The notes below the pieces were generated by a model, which saw only the letters and a program-made list of their open reading frames with translations, searched no databases and had not been told where the DNA came from. Position numbers and translations under genes: made by a program. 64,000 bases of DNA, taken from contig JAQGDQ010002368.1 of the NCBI GenBank assembly GCA_030141605.1, forward strand, positions 930,001 through 994,000, written 5' to 3'. The stretch comes from Tubiluchus corallicola (taxonomy: Eukaryota; Animalia; Priapulida). This document shows, piece by piece, positions 24,461 through 38,700 of this stretch; position 1 is the stretch's first letter, and each line of letters starts with the position of its first letter.

Positions 24461-27396
24461 TGTCTGCAAAAACCAACAAAAAACATTTACTGATTTAGCC
24501 ATTATTTTTGATCAATAGATGCTTTTGCCAATACAATTCTCAAATTGACATTTTCAAAATCGTATCATCTTCAGTGAACAAATTACATTCTTTTAGTTGG
24601 CAGTAATGCCGTCACAAGAATTGATCAGAAGCTAATTAATGTTGTCGCTGGACTGAAAATTATATTTGAGCACCAATGCATCAAAAACTGTGCTTTTCAC
24701 AACACCTTTCTGATAACTCCTTGTGTGTGAATTCAGTAATGAAGGCAATTTGCATATTGAAAGCATAATAATAATGTGAATAATCACGTTCCTCCACTCT
24801 ACAACGAATTTGTGAGGCTCGTTATAGTAAAATCACGCGGCTGCGAACATAAAGCTTCTTATGAACACACAAACTGCAAGCAGTATATATTCTTCTATAC
24901 AAAGATACTACCTGTTTAAAATGTATAAGTGACAGAAAGCTGATTATCCAGTGCATTACAGTAGAAATTAGCTGACAAAACAACAAACATTTTTTTTATT
25001 TTCAGTCAGTACTTAAACTGTTCAGCTCATTGCACAACTGTTGACTGCCTTACAAAATTACTAAATTTTATGTATAATTTTGCACAGTGACAATGCATAA
25101 TAGATAGGCAGCTGGTTATTTTAAATAAGCCATGTTAGGTCAAAGCTACAGTGTTTCATTTCATTCTAGGAGTTTTAGAAGTCCATACACATATTTTACC
25201 CAGATCTCATGGGTGACTGACGCAGATCAATATGAAATTTTCTGAACAGCAAAACATCTGCGTAACCCTTTATGTGTCACTGCTTATTACAACTCTTCTT
25301 CTTTGGCCATGTTTACCTTCTTGGGCTTTGTAAATCAGGACTCTTGAAAAGCAGTCCCATCTATACAGCAGTTGAAAGTGTAACGTCTCTGAAAGCGTAA
25401 ATCCAGATAAATTTGTATAATGGTTTTGGCCTTTTATTATTTTTAAATTAAGAACGTAGGTTGACGGTAATAGACGTTCCTATAGTTTGACTTTTGTGAT
25501 ATCGTAGTTTTATTTTCAGTGATATCTGTTTTTGAGATAGCTGCAGTATCGATAAAGAAACCTCAATTAGACAGATATTTAAAAGCAGAGAAATTCAGGC
25601 ACGTTTGTTTTTACCAAGCTTTCATCCAACTATATACGAACGCAATATTTCTAAATTACTTCTCAAACTTTGATGTTATTCTCGTACGCATCTATTTACT
25701 GACTTGATTAAGACAGCAAAAGTTCTCCGAAATTCTGAGTGGCTTTTGTTATTGCAGGCTTAGTTTGCATTGTTTCTGAAATAGCTTTTAAAAGTCTGTG
25801 AATTGTGCCCTTTTAGTATCAAAGTATGTTGTATTAGGACCTATAAATACGTGGTAGATTCTGAGCCAAATTGAGGAATATCTGTGACATCTTACACTCA
25901 CAAAATCTTGCTTTAAAAATAATATTTTGTAGACAATCAATAATTTTCCTCATGATCTGGACGTTCTTCTTAGTTACATATACCAAGTACTTTTATTCTG
26001 ATATAATGATATTTTATGTGGTTAATTAGTGATTGTTATGAGTCATTTATCATTAATTACTTGATCAAAAAATCACATCTAAGATTCATTGAAGTGGCAA
26101 ACTTTATTTTAATTTATTTAATATGGTGTTTACGTTCAAATAACTGGGAATTTAAGTGTGAGTCTGTGCCGTGTGAAACTCTCGGTAGTCTGACTTGCGT
26201 TGATAAAACCATTTGAAAATCTGTCATGCCTAATATGATATCATTATGTTAGTGAAGTTACTGACCATTTTGCTCACAACTTCCTTAAACTGAAAAATAC
26301 TGTAGCACCATCGTTATTAAGGACTGAACTTTTTATCACACTGCTATTGGCTTATTGGCAAAACCGATATCAATCAAAATTATGCTGCTTTAAATGGCTC
26401 AATATCCTTGTATTTCTCATTGCTATTTTTTCTTCTGTCTTGCTAAAAGCTTCAGTTGCATTCTTCTTTCACTCTGATTCTGATGCGACACCCGCCGTTA
26501 AATTATATTGTCTCGGCTGGCGAACTATCGTTATGAATTTCATAAAGGCACCGGCGAAATTTCGCTCTACAGTCGCTAGCTTGATTTGCAGCTGACACAC
26601 GAAAATGAAATCTCCTTTGCTGACAAATTAAAACGCGTTTCTATTATGCCGTAGGTAACTGACACTGCGCATCTCAGTAGCTTCAGCTGCATTGTGAAAC
26701 TAGGCTCAATTTATGTGGCAGTTAATTAGCTTTCACGAATTTTTCCCAATAGAAAACGCATAGGAAACACAAAGCCCGATATTCTGGCTTCTAATTAGAA
26801 ATTGTTTATTGCTCACTTTAATAGGAATGAGAGTCTGTAAATTACTCACTGGTGAGCTCTACTGCTAACTGTTATTAAAGCTGGTTGTAATACAAATAAG
26901 CTCAGTTCAATCTGTGTCGCGGTAATTACCCTTGGATGACCATTGGCTTGTCCTTGTTAGGTCGACTAAATTGTCTGCACAAGGTGGATCAATATAGTAA
27001 ATTCACATTGACCCCAATTTATCGTCTGTTGTACAGGAAGCCAGCCTGCTAGTACTTTGACTGGTTTCAGTTTAATGTCAATACTGTTTTGAAATGGCTT
27101 CACTTCCTTCTTTCTATTTGTCCTCCGAACTGGCATGCGCCTGAAAATTCTCTCTGATCTCAAAAACGTTGCGGATTGGCAGAATGAATTGTTTAGATTA
27201 TACATATGATATACTCTGCAGAGCATGGAGCTCAACTGAACAGACGACATTGCTGAAATTGTCTTTCTTTTCAGTCCATTAAACCGTTCGATAACCAATT
27301 GTTTTCAATACGTAAACGATTCAATTTAATACCCATTTTTCTGCGAATTTTAGTACTTACAAAACGAATTTTTAGTAGCTTCGCTATGCTTGAAAG

Positions 27397-27470
27397 CAGG
27401 GCCAGCTATACCACTAGGGAAATTAGGCACTTGCCCAGGATGCCAAATTTTTTGGGGCGCCAAATTCTGG
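27397..27470. mobile_element. Fragment resembling a hAT-MITE terminus
   Basis: CAGGGCCAGCTATACCACTAGGGAAATTAGGCACTTGCCCAGG...GGGGCGCCAAA; the other end was not found. Confidence 0.4.
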
Positions 27471-28629
27471 AAGTAATTCTTAAATTTTTTAGATTAGTTT
27501 TAGCATAAGTAATTGTATATATTATACTAATGTACTATACTATACTAATATTATACTAATATAACATAGTGTGTGTATAACATAAATGCACAACGTTTTA
27601 ACTTGCTGAAACAAACTGCTTGTGTTATACTCCTGTCGAAATATATAGACGCCAATATGAACTTGTCTTCTTGCAGCAAAATACTTTCCATTTTTGCTTT
27701 ACCTGCCTTCTTAAGATTACATTATTCAACGTTTTATTGTAGACACCATTAGCATGTTAACCCGCTTTTGCGTACAGTGTACATTGTACGCATACTGTGT
27801 GGCAGCAGAGAAAGTAACGACTCTTCATTTTATAAAAAAATTTCTTGCAAAAGCGCATCTAATTATGACAAATAAATCTATAAAAATAGAAGCTTTCAGG
27901 GCCATAATACGGGAAAAACAAGGTAAAAAAGCTGGTGAACATTGAACGGCAAAAGATTCGTCAAAGAACTATTTGCAATCAGACAGAGTTATGGCTGTGA
28001 AGATGATGAAACTAGTAATTTGGTGTATGAAAAAGAAGTTATTGTTTCAAAAATTTTCTGGTGAAAAGATCGAGCGCATAGTCAAGAGTATGTACACGAA
28101 CAATATGCAGCAGAAATTGCAATGGACTCATAAATTCAACTTGAAATGAAATCGACACAAGCTGTAGATAGATAATTGACTACAGTTAATTAGTACACTT
28201 AGTAAACTAGCTATTGGACAAAAAGCTGCGCATTCAATTTCTCGTTTTGTTATCGTCATTTGATGTATTTTAAGATTATTAATGGTTATCTGTAAATTAA
28301 TTTCTCGGGTAAAGCAGCCATGATGTTCGGGACAGGGTGCTTAGTCCCGTATCTTCGTTGATGGGACACACACTCAGACTGAATGTAACTTACCTAATAT
28401 AGATAATTAACACACTTTGCATGAATGTAAATGACATATATTACGAAAAAATAAGATGATCTGAATTTGGTCCATGGTACAAGGGTGCCGATGACGTCGT
28501 CACTGCCCCTGGCGTACAACTTAGACACAAAATTCTTGTAGCAAATGGCCGATTTCTTATTGGTCCATAATACATTTCGTAACATTTTGTGGCTTCGCTT
28601 GCAAGTTAGGTACAAATAATTTATTTTGC

Positions 28630-29280
28630 GAACTGGCTAAAGGGTACTGATGACGTAATTTGGTCACTTCGTGTGTTCCTAGATCATATCATTAATCATT
28701 TTACCAAATGAAAGCGCACATAACACTTCCTGTTCGTCCCTGCTAATAGTAGCGAAGAGTCTATCTGTGATCATTTTTAAGTTATAAGCCTCCAAAGTGC
28801 ATGTTCCTAAGCACAATTTCGTGACCTTTTAGTGTCCTGGGACAGTAAGCCAAAATGCAAAATTTTATAAAAATGCCCAAAAACGCTATTAAAATGGTTC
28901 AAAGAAACTTTCCTAAACGTTTGGCAGCTGTATCCAGTCAGTTCTCTTTTTTCAGCTAATAGACCAGACTATTGATTTTGTGAAATGGATAGAGGGGTAC
29001 CAATGATGTAATTTGGCCATTTCGAGTGTTCCAATGTCACTAATCGTACTACCAAAAGAAAGCCCACATTTAAGTTCCTATTCGCCCCTAATAGTACATA
29101 AGTGTCTATCTGTAAACGTTTTGGAATTATAAGCCTCCAAAGTGGACTATTTCGTGACCTTTTAGTATCACGGGACAGCGGGCCGAAGTGCAAAATTTTA
29201 TTAAGATCGCCAAAACGCCGTTAGAATGACCTAAAGAATCATTCCTGAAAGTTTGGTAGCTGTGTCTGGTCAGTCTCCAT
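28630..29280. repeat. Two diverged tandem copies of a ~340-bp unit, probably the interior of an interspersed repeat
   Basis: Shared blocks TTATAAGCCTCCAAAGTG, TTTCGTGACCTTTTAGT and GCAAAATTTTAT recur at about 28783-28870 and 29127-29200. Confidence 0.65.
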
Positions 29281-32200
29281 TTCGTTAAAATTTGGCCTTA
29301 ACAGATCAGACTAAAAGTTGTTTTAGTAAGTTAGAACGCATTTATCCTATTAGAAGAAGCTAAGATCGATTAAACTGTTTGGTCTAAACCTAGAGCATTG
29401 AACATAATTCAAAGAGCCAAGAAGTGTTTCTGTAAATCCATGTCTTTAGAAGTGGTTACTTGATCATTTCTTGTCAAAGAGGCATTACATCTTTGCGAAA
29501 AATATTGGTTTAGCATTGTGTTCAAATGGCGGCCTATGTGACTTGAGCTAACACACGGCTTGATTGCAAAATTAAAACTCTGCATATTTAGAAATTTTAT
29601 CTTCCAAAATAGTTTAAAATAGTACAATTAAAGTTTTTAAAAATTTGCAATAAATCGCAAACTAATAATACAAGAAAACAGCTTATTGGTAAGTGTTAAA
29701 ATTAAAAGTATGCTAAATATAAAATTACCTAGAAATGAGTGATATAGTAATTGACAATTTTGAATGAAGGCGGTAAAATTAATCGATGTACTTAAAACCT
29801 GTAATCCACCCATTTGCAATGTGTCTTGAATACATGTATAGGGTATAGGCATTGGGTAAATTGATCGAACAAAGAAAATCAATGAAGTTATGAAATGAAC
29901 GAAAAAGAGCTAGGACGTGTCCTGATTTTCAGTCTATAGTATAAGTACAAAAGTTCTCAATGCTTTCTTCTAACATCTGTTCCTTTATCATTGCTTTGAT
30001 ATTTCTCTTTCTCCTTTCGACTTTCTTTCTCTCGTCTTTTAACTGATGTCGCTTCTTAGTCGCTCTCACACTCCATACTACCCATTGTTTTACAGTTTCT
30101 ATTTTCGTCACCCTTCCAGACTATCCTTTGCATTTGCAAGATTTGCATCTGAATATCAGAAGTGATGCAGCTGGTGGCATCTTGCAACACAAGAAATCGT
30201 ATGCTTATTGCCTCAGATAAATCTAATTTTTCAGTAACAGACAAAAATGTAAATTTGCCGAATGTCAGTAGAATCATAAAAGCTAAGTTTTTATACGCTA
30301 TTTTGAAGATTATAGCCTTTGACTATACTTTCCTGCAATACAAAATCAAGTTTCACTCAACAAATTAAATTGGAACATATTAACAGATGTTAACAAAAAT
30401 TTTAAGCAAAGAGTCATTTAAACAATGCAGCAACACTTCTTTTTCATTCAGTGAAATTTGTTATGACTATGAACGAACTAATAACAGTAACGTGTGCCGT
30501 GGTAGTAATAAATTCAGCGCACTTATTATTTTCGAAACATTTTCGACATGTTATTCGCCAGATTACGTTTATCCGAAAAGCTAGTTTTCATGGCAATAGT
30601 TTGTATTTTCCACACTGATAACTATACAGTTTTCAACTCTTGAAATTGGTAGAATACTGATTGAAGAAGTGAAAAGCTTTATCAGCGTCTACGTTTAAGA
30701 CTTTCCCCATGGGATGGCAAAATTGTCGAATATCATATGAAAGGTAAATGAAAAATAATATGTGGTCGTATTGATTTCCTCTCCCCATATATTACTTACG
30801 TTAGTGATTCCCTCGAACTGAGTCTACTAAGACTGTGCGTCCAAACAACGTAATCGTACACCAAGCCATCTCACAGCTTATTCTCACAGAAGATTGTCGA
30901 TAAACACATAATAGTTTGGTCAGGTTATCAGGTGGCTGCTCTTACTATATTTATTCCTCTGTATCTATATTCTACACTTCATGAATAAATCAGCGCGTGG
31001 TTGATGCATCTCACTTAGGATGTATATTGAGAATTGTAGTCAGATAGTGTTGATCAATGAAACAAGAGTATCAACACATCTACAGTAGCAATGAACCCAC
31101 CAAATAAAGCCAATATTATGACTGTTTTTTGTCTTGCTTGTCTTTTTCTGCATATTATTTCCTGTATTGAATTGTATTATTTTTGCAGTCTTCTTAAACT
31201 ATTTACATTGCCGTCTTTCTTCTCTTCCCGCTGCATCTATTTGCACTTCCCTTCCCTTTCTCTCTCCCTTAAACGCGTGGATGTACTGATCATTAATACT
31301 GTCCTTAAAAATAGCCTATAAAATAAAGTTGAGCGGCTGAGTGAAAATAGCCTGATTCCAATCTGCCCTTTTAAAGGTTAGCACTAACAGCAACCCATGA
31401 AATCGTGCGTTGAGTTCAATTTGGCAGGATCGACTGTTCACATGTGATTTACGCATCTGAACTGCTCGGTGTATTGATGATTGGACTTTCTCAGTAATCC
31501 GATGCTTGAGGCAAGAAAAGAACATCGACGTAGAGTTAGATTGTGTGCCTAAGCATCCTGTTTTCTGCGTTTGCCCGAAGCACCGTCTAGCATAAATTAT
31601 CGACGTTACTCACTCGTGAATGTTATGCAAATGAACATTGTATGGAAGACGTCACTCATATATTTGCTAACTGTATAGCCTCGTTATTGGTTTGTAAATA
31701 ATGCAGCGTGAAGCCACTTAATTAAACTGCATTGTGAGGCATAACAGGTGACCTTTCACTTTCAGGTCAAGGGCATTAAAATCAACCAATTAGCCGTTGC
31801 CTTACTGAATTTTTTATTTGTCTACATAGAAAAGCTAACTTGTTACACATTTTATCGTCAGTTTTCCTATTGAAATTGCTTAAAATTTAGAATTTCATGT
31901 GCCTCCCATTTTCTTATCGTAACCTTATTTGACTAATGTATGACGGTTCAGTGTAAACTATAATCCCATCTGATCTACATAGGCTAAGCTCCAGGGATTT
32001 GGGCCACAACTGGCTGATGTTCAATTACCGTCCTTAATTGGCATCTCGGAAGCACAAGAGTATTTCAAAGCTTACAAATACCATTAAAGCCGCTTGCCGC
32101 GGCTCCGAAAGTACGTCATTACAAATGCTCAAACTATCTTTGGTCGCCTTTTGATAATTTACTCGCGCCTGCTTTTTTTTTACTTGGGCGAATACAACAT

Positions 32201-35200
32201 ACAATAATTATGGAAATTGATAGTAGTATTCTAGTACTAGTAGGCTAATTTTTATACAAAGATATCTTAATGTGGTGTCTGCAGAAAAAGTTACCCTTGC
32301 AGCAACTAAGGCAACTCTGAAAGTATCAGTCAAGTTAGTGTCAACAACGTAAAGTTTTTTCATGGAATTTTTGCATGGCAGCTAGGATACTGGTACCACA
32401 TTTTTCGTTTTGAACAGTTTAAACGTCAGCAACAATTGAAATTTTTCGTTTTCGTACAAGTCCTTCATGTCTGACAGCATATTACAAACCTTATTAGGCA
32501 ACCGTAAATGCGGAAATAAGTTCAGATACGCTCTTAACACTGCTCAAGACGTGTCCACACTTTGACTTTTTGCAACAAACTGTAAATCTGGACGTATCGG
32601 ATTTTTGAAGTCCATCTCTTTCTAAACACTCATAATATCACGCAAAAACGTTTTCATGAAATTATGTGCCACGGACGGATGAATGGCGAATTATTAGGGT
32701 AACAACCCAGTGAAGGAAGCGTAATTTGGCGTAATGTGGAGAGTTGCTGCTTATTGCCTATATTTTTGCGTTTCAATAGCGTATTGGCCGAGACACTCGC
32801 AGCCTGAGGTGAATCTTGGGTGAGGGCGAACATTCTCGAAAAATAAAAAAACAAGCCTCCATAAATTCAGATTCAAATCCTTAAGCATGAGAGTGTGTAG
32901 AAGTGCAAATTATTAGATTATTATGCTCGTGGTTGATTGACCGACAGTATGCACGGTGCTTGTGACTAATTATCACTTGACTTGGCCTGGCCACTGCAGT
33001 TTACTCATCTGTGAGGAGTTTGCAATTTGCGGTAAGTTTCACATTCTGGTTCCGTTCTTAGGTTTTTAAGCAACCCTTGCTTTTTAACCGTACTATTGTA
33101 AGAAGATTTTGATTCTTACCCCAGGTGAGTAACAGGTTGCAGGTTTTGTAACCCTGTCCCTCTAATTTTGCGAGTTAATATAAATTAAAAATGGATGTCT
33201 AACATAAATAAAAGTAATCAATGTACAGGTTCCCTTAGATCCCGCTGCTCGCGTATAATAATTTCTAACATTCACTGTTTTAATTTAAATGGCAACATAC
33301 ACACATTAAATACACGTTTTAACAGCTTAAGTAAATGAATGTAGTTAACGTTAAAGTTTTGATTTCTATGCTTAATAAGTGCCGTGGAACACTTTCAACA
33401 AAGTTGATTTCTAAGTTTTCAAATACATTTTGTTTCATTGCGATTGAAGTTGATGATTAGCACACGAGTGGGCTGTAGTGTGACGACTCGTAGATGATGG
33501 TTAATCGTTCAAAATTCCTATATGTGTAATCTAAATTTTTTTATTTAATTTCAACATATATACCGTTTTAAATCGTGTTTAGTTAAATGATTTTTATTGG
33601 CCATCTGTAAAAATGGTAGCAGAGTTGAATTGTATGTCAGTGCACAGAAAAGACCAAAAATTTAATGTGATCTGCAATGAAGCAAATTAACTAGAGTATT
33701 TATTAAAACTAGTACGTATAGTGAACGGGATTCTGTAGACGAATAATAGTAAATGAAATTATAATCATCTGCATGAATTTATTTGCGTGAACTCAAAGTC
33801 TGACCATTTTGGTTTAGTAATACAACTACGTTTGGCCTGCAAGTGCTTTTCGAAATTTTGAAACCAGTTCGGCGATTTTAAGTGAAGTTATCTGTATCAA
33901 CAATTGTCCTTAAATGTTCTGGAATGCAAATTTAATTTACATCTTAGCTTAATGACACATTTGTCAAAAATGACTATGGAGCTGCAGTTTTTTACCCTTT
34001 ACATAGCGTTGCTGTGAAATTTCTGCGCAGGAAAAGCTCATGCTACATTCATGAGCTTTCTAGTGTAAATAAAAGCGTGTAAGGTGCCGCAATTACTTGC
34101 CAGTGCCCTGTACTCCAATGCAACAGCAAATAGTGAAAAACATGAAAATTACCCAGAGTAATGAAACTGGATGGACGGCGGAGTTTTCATGCTTTTCATT
34201 CATTGGTAAATGATTTTGTATATATTACTGTACACTTGAATCGTCTTTTTCGATTGCACGTGGAAAAACTGTAAGTACACAAATGCACCCCAAAAGCGTA
34301 GTGATAAAGAAGTGTAAACCCATGTCGTAAAGGCAGTGCATCAGCATACCATGCCTCACATCCACTTATCATAACCCGTCAGGTAAACGCATATGCATGC
34401 TATTAGATAAAAATAACACTGAAACTTTGCGTGATAATGTTAGTAAGGAATTGAGCATGTCATAAATGATTAATTAGCCAAGTCTCCAATCATGTTATTT
34501 GTGCTCTACACTGCTTTTGAAGTAAAAACAGTTATCGGCAGCAAACTTTGTATGTGTATTTTATACATGTATTTTATGCATTTTATAAATTATAACACTG
34601 CCACCCCTGTGATTACATTTGTTGTTAAAGTTTTTTGTATGAGGAAAAAGTATAAATACTTTTTCATGAAAAAGTGTAAATAGCATTAAAATGTTGTTCA
34701 AATAAAAAAGCTTCAGTGTTTTGAAAACAATTTATGTCACGAATAACAGAGAAACTATAGCTTCTGATTAAAATCACGAAATTACATTATTGCTTGTGAT
34801 CCAACTTGCGAATTTTTAATTTCCTTTATTAAAAAAATGAACAGTTTGACCAACAACAAGCTAACCGAATTAAACATTTAATAAATTTACGGACATTTTT
34901 GAAACGGTCACTATAAAAAAGGATACGCCTACAGCCGTAGTGTGAACGCTAAAGTTTTAACTTTTGTAATAGTCGTAAAGTTAAAAGAATTAATTTATTA
35001 ATCATCAGGTGAATTTTCAAACCACCTGGTAAGTCTTCGGCATTGGCATAAACAAATGGCCTAATATTAGACAGTTTTCTTGTGCTAGAAATATTTATAA
35101 TTCAAGTATGATTGTGCGCTTTTATTGATCTCACTGATTTTCACGCCTCAAGCGCCCTACTCTGGTAATAGTACACAGATATGAAAGCTTTTACCGGGCT

Positions 35201-35717
35201 ACAGAAAGCATTCTAGATTTATTATCCTCCGTTGTAAAACAAGGAAAGGCTTTGCCGCTGTGGAAGGAACTTTATGATATAATTAGCAGCTCTTGCTCAT
35301 TATTGCCGTGACATGGTCATGACACTGAGCAAGGTGATGGTTGCACCACTAAAAATATTTTGCTCAGCTAATTTACCTACTGATAATCTGGAAAACAGAC
35401 TTGGTGCTGACAAGTCAAGTACTTTTTTCATTTTCTTTTCATTTAGTTGGGAACTTTACCAAGGCCCAGTGTAATTAATTATGTGGCATAAGGGATCAAC
35501 AACAGCTTGCATGAATTACATGAATAATATACATGTATTTGCAACAAAATCAGTAGAACGTTTTTACTCTATTTGAGCCTTTTTCAGCTATATAGCTACC
35601 TTTTTTTCAGTTACATAGCTGAGCAAAGTATTGCCTTTAAATGACGTTACAAACCCACAGTTAATTAACGTTGATGCCAAACTTACAAAACAGGAAACGT
35701 GAAAAAGTTGGCATGCA

Positions 35718-35780
35718 GTCTGAATTTGAACCAAGAGCATTCTGCTGAATATGCAGAGATGGCTTAGATCACTAGGTCAT
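35718..35780 (-). mobile_element. Degenerate tRNA-derived (SINE-like) head
   Basis: A-box-like TGACCTAGTGA and B-box-like GGTTCAAATTC at tRNA-like spacing; no cloverleaf. Confidence 0.3.
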
Positions 35781-38700
35781 ATTTACAATGACATTTGCTT
35801 GCATGAGAATTGTGGGCACTACACCTGCCGATGGGAAAGAAAAATCGACGTGTGTAAAACCTCTGCATAAATATTCTGTCTAAATTGTTATAGCTAAGAA
35901 AGGCTATTATTTTGTTTTTTAAATTGCAGACCCTATACACGGCGACACTGAGTTACTACAAATGTGCCATTGTTGAACTTCAAAATTCATTTCCCAGTCT
36001 TTACAACATGAAAATGTCGCGTAGGGCCCAGCACAAATGGCAGCTTTTCTTAGCATTTTAGATGGTTTTTGCATTCGTAGGCACGATTGCAGGTGTTTTA
36101 CGGTTTCGTTGTCGAGAGTTGCTGTCATGGGATTTCTGCCATTTTGTGAACTGAATGCCAAGCATTGAAATATAAAATTTTCGTTTGCATTTATACTTGT
36201 TTGTAGAAGAAAATTGGACGAGGTTTTCTACGTAGAGTTGTAGGCGGAAATCCGCCTACCGCTTCAAATGCCTGAATATCCTAACGCTCTGTTTGCTTTC
36301 CTGACATTTTCATGATGACTGTGGTCACAGAGTTCAATTTTAAGTTGTGTGACCAACTTACTCACATCCCAAAGAAAAAACATCTTCTTGAATTATCTTT
36401 ATTTTTAAAGGCATTGGAAATAAATTTAGGCATATTTTCACATAACAGTTTAACTGATGCAAAGAAATTCGCATTTTTATTTATGTAATTTGGAATTGTT
36501 TGGGTGGGCGGCGGGGAAGGAGTAAAAATCGTGTAGCATGTAGGGTGTCGGCATGCTTTTTCTTTTATTGGCGTATCACGTATTTATCTGAGCACTGTTC
36601 AAAACAGTGAGAATCCGCGAGAATTATTACAGCCGCAAATATTCATTTCTAAATTATCATCATTATTTAAAACTTCCACTGATCTCCCTGCTCATATATA
36701 ATATGCCACTTGAATTACGTATGATCTTTTCACATGGACTGTATAAGAATTTTCCCTTTTAACGCTACTCTAAGATCAAAGATGTAAGGTAATCCCCAGG
36801 TAATGTCATTTTGTGGGAAGGTAAAGTCTTTGGCTCTGGGCAATTCAATTCTAGGAATTTTTTATCTGAAAAACCTTTTGATTCAATCATCATCAAGACA
36901 CAAGGGAATATCTTTAATCTCTTGTTGAGGCTATCCGCAAACATTTTTTCGTACAGCTGGGCAATTCATACAGTGGGAATACAGTACTTAACAACAGAGC
37001 CGATTTATAAATTTTAGTTTATTATCAAAAATAATCCTTGTAAATGAGATACAGAACTGAATACTGAACGTTCTTGCCACGTTTAGATACTATATTTTGC
37101 ATACTCCCTGTACGAGATAAACAGGCGTGAGCAGCATGGCAAATGAAATCGGCCAGATGCAATCTACTGGGTTTCGCCCTTGTTAATGACCTGGCCAGGT
37201 ATCCTTCACTTGCTCGCCGTGATCATTCAGCTGTTGCCTATTTAACTTGATGGTCTTGAAGTAAAATGTGTTTATATACGGCAATGTTTGCTTCGAAGTT
37301 CTTTTAATTAATTTCTAGTAGCTTACCAAATTTTATGGAAAAACTTCAGTCTAAACAGATACATAGTGGTTCCATCTTTTATAACTGAAATAACGCTTAA
37401 AATTTAATGTTATTTTTTTTGTCTTTTGTTAATTTTCTAAAAAGAAGTGCTTTATTTTTATTAACTGAAATTGACTAACATTTATTAATTATTTATTAAC
37501 TGAAAATCGTGTAAAATTTTGAAATTATTTCGTAAGTGCCATTTTATACGCTTTCCAAGCCAATTGACTTGCAATGCCCAAGATGTTTTTTACATGAAGC
37601 GCATTGTATCTTCATATTCAAACGTCATTAATCATGCTAATACCAGCTTCGCAGGCAAATTCACACGCGCCCTACATGTTTTCGACCATAGGATACATTG
37701 AGTATGACATATCATACAGTCATACTATGTCAACTGCAAACATACGTGTACTGTGTAGGGATATGTGTCTCTAAGTTATCTCTATAGCAGACAGACAGAT
37801 TGCGCTTGTAAGGGAAACTGGGGCTGCAGAAGAAGCGAATTCATACCAATGATCGCGTACATCTAACAAATTTTCTTAGAAAATCCATCGATTGTTATCC
37901 CCATGGGGCGGCTGATTGAAAATTTGCCCCAAATAGCTTTTGTGTACGGCAGGATTATATAAATATTGGAACGGACTACAATTCATCGAAGAGTTGCCCA
38001 TCAGAGAATTTCAGTAAGGCAAATTTGGCTTTTAGAAATGTGCCACAGGAAGCAAACATCAATATCTGACGTTTAAAACCACTTAAAAGTCGTCTGAGCC
38101 CAAAGTCCCATGGGTGAGCTGATCGATTCTCCAAATAAAAATGAAATACTTCAAACTTTGCAGTGAAGTCAGACTTAATCATAATTTGGCTAATAATTTT
38201 CTTAACGACATATTTTGCCTTCCAGCAATCAAATCAATTTGTCAATTTGGAAAAGTACAACCCGAGACGTATTTTCAACTCAGCTATAGTAACAGGGTTT
38301 GAAAACTTTCTATACATTCTATAACTTTCAAATATTTTAATTTATTGTTTTTAATAAATAATAATCATTTATCATTTATAGCATAACGTAGTGGCAAAGC
38401 AAAGTACGAGGAAAATATTACAAAAAAATTTACGTAGATGTTACAAGTAGTTTACACCCTCAAGAATTTGTCACTTCAATTGAAAATTGGTTTTCTTAAT
38501 CAAACTTCGTTGAAAACAAAGCGCAATGTCACGTGTGTATAGTAATTCGAGATTCATTACGCGAAACTACGTTTCATGCCAATAAAATAATCTCATTTCG
38601 GAAATTTAAACAATATTTTCCTTAATGCCACCAGTATCCAAAATACTGTAAGCTACAAATGGGAAAAGTTTAATTAGTAATGTATTGTTCAATTTATTGT

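Noticed and set aside
24461-24502. N-terminal 14 aa of the 878-aa ORF
   Set aside because: Mostly overlaps a polypyrimidine tract and AG acceptor, so it is likely intronic apart from the ACA codon at 24463-24461.
27940-28065. YGCEDDE-containing frame as an ACL4 or CDK5RAP1 exon
   Set aside because: No suitable acceptor in phase and no extended similarity.
29929-30277. Charged minus-strand ORFs as a small gene
   Set aside because: Purine-rich low-complexity sequence with no domain and no consistent exon structure.
34033-34063. Hairpin plus CTAG as a Helitron 3' end
   Set aside because: No spacer between the hairpin and CTAG, and no supporting 5' end or second copy.
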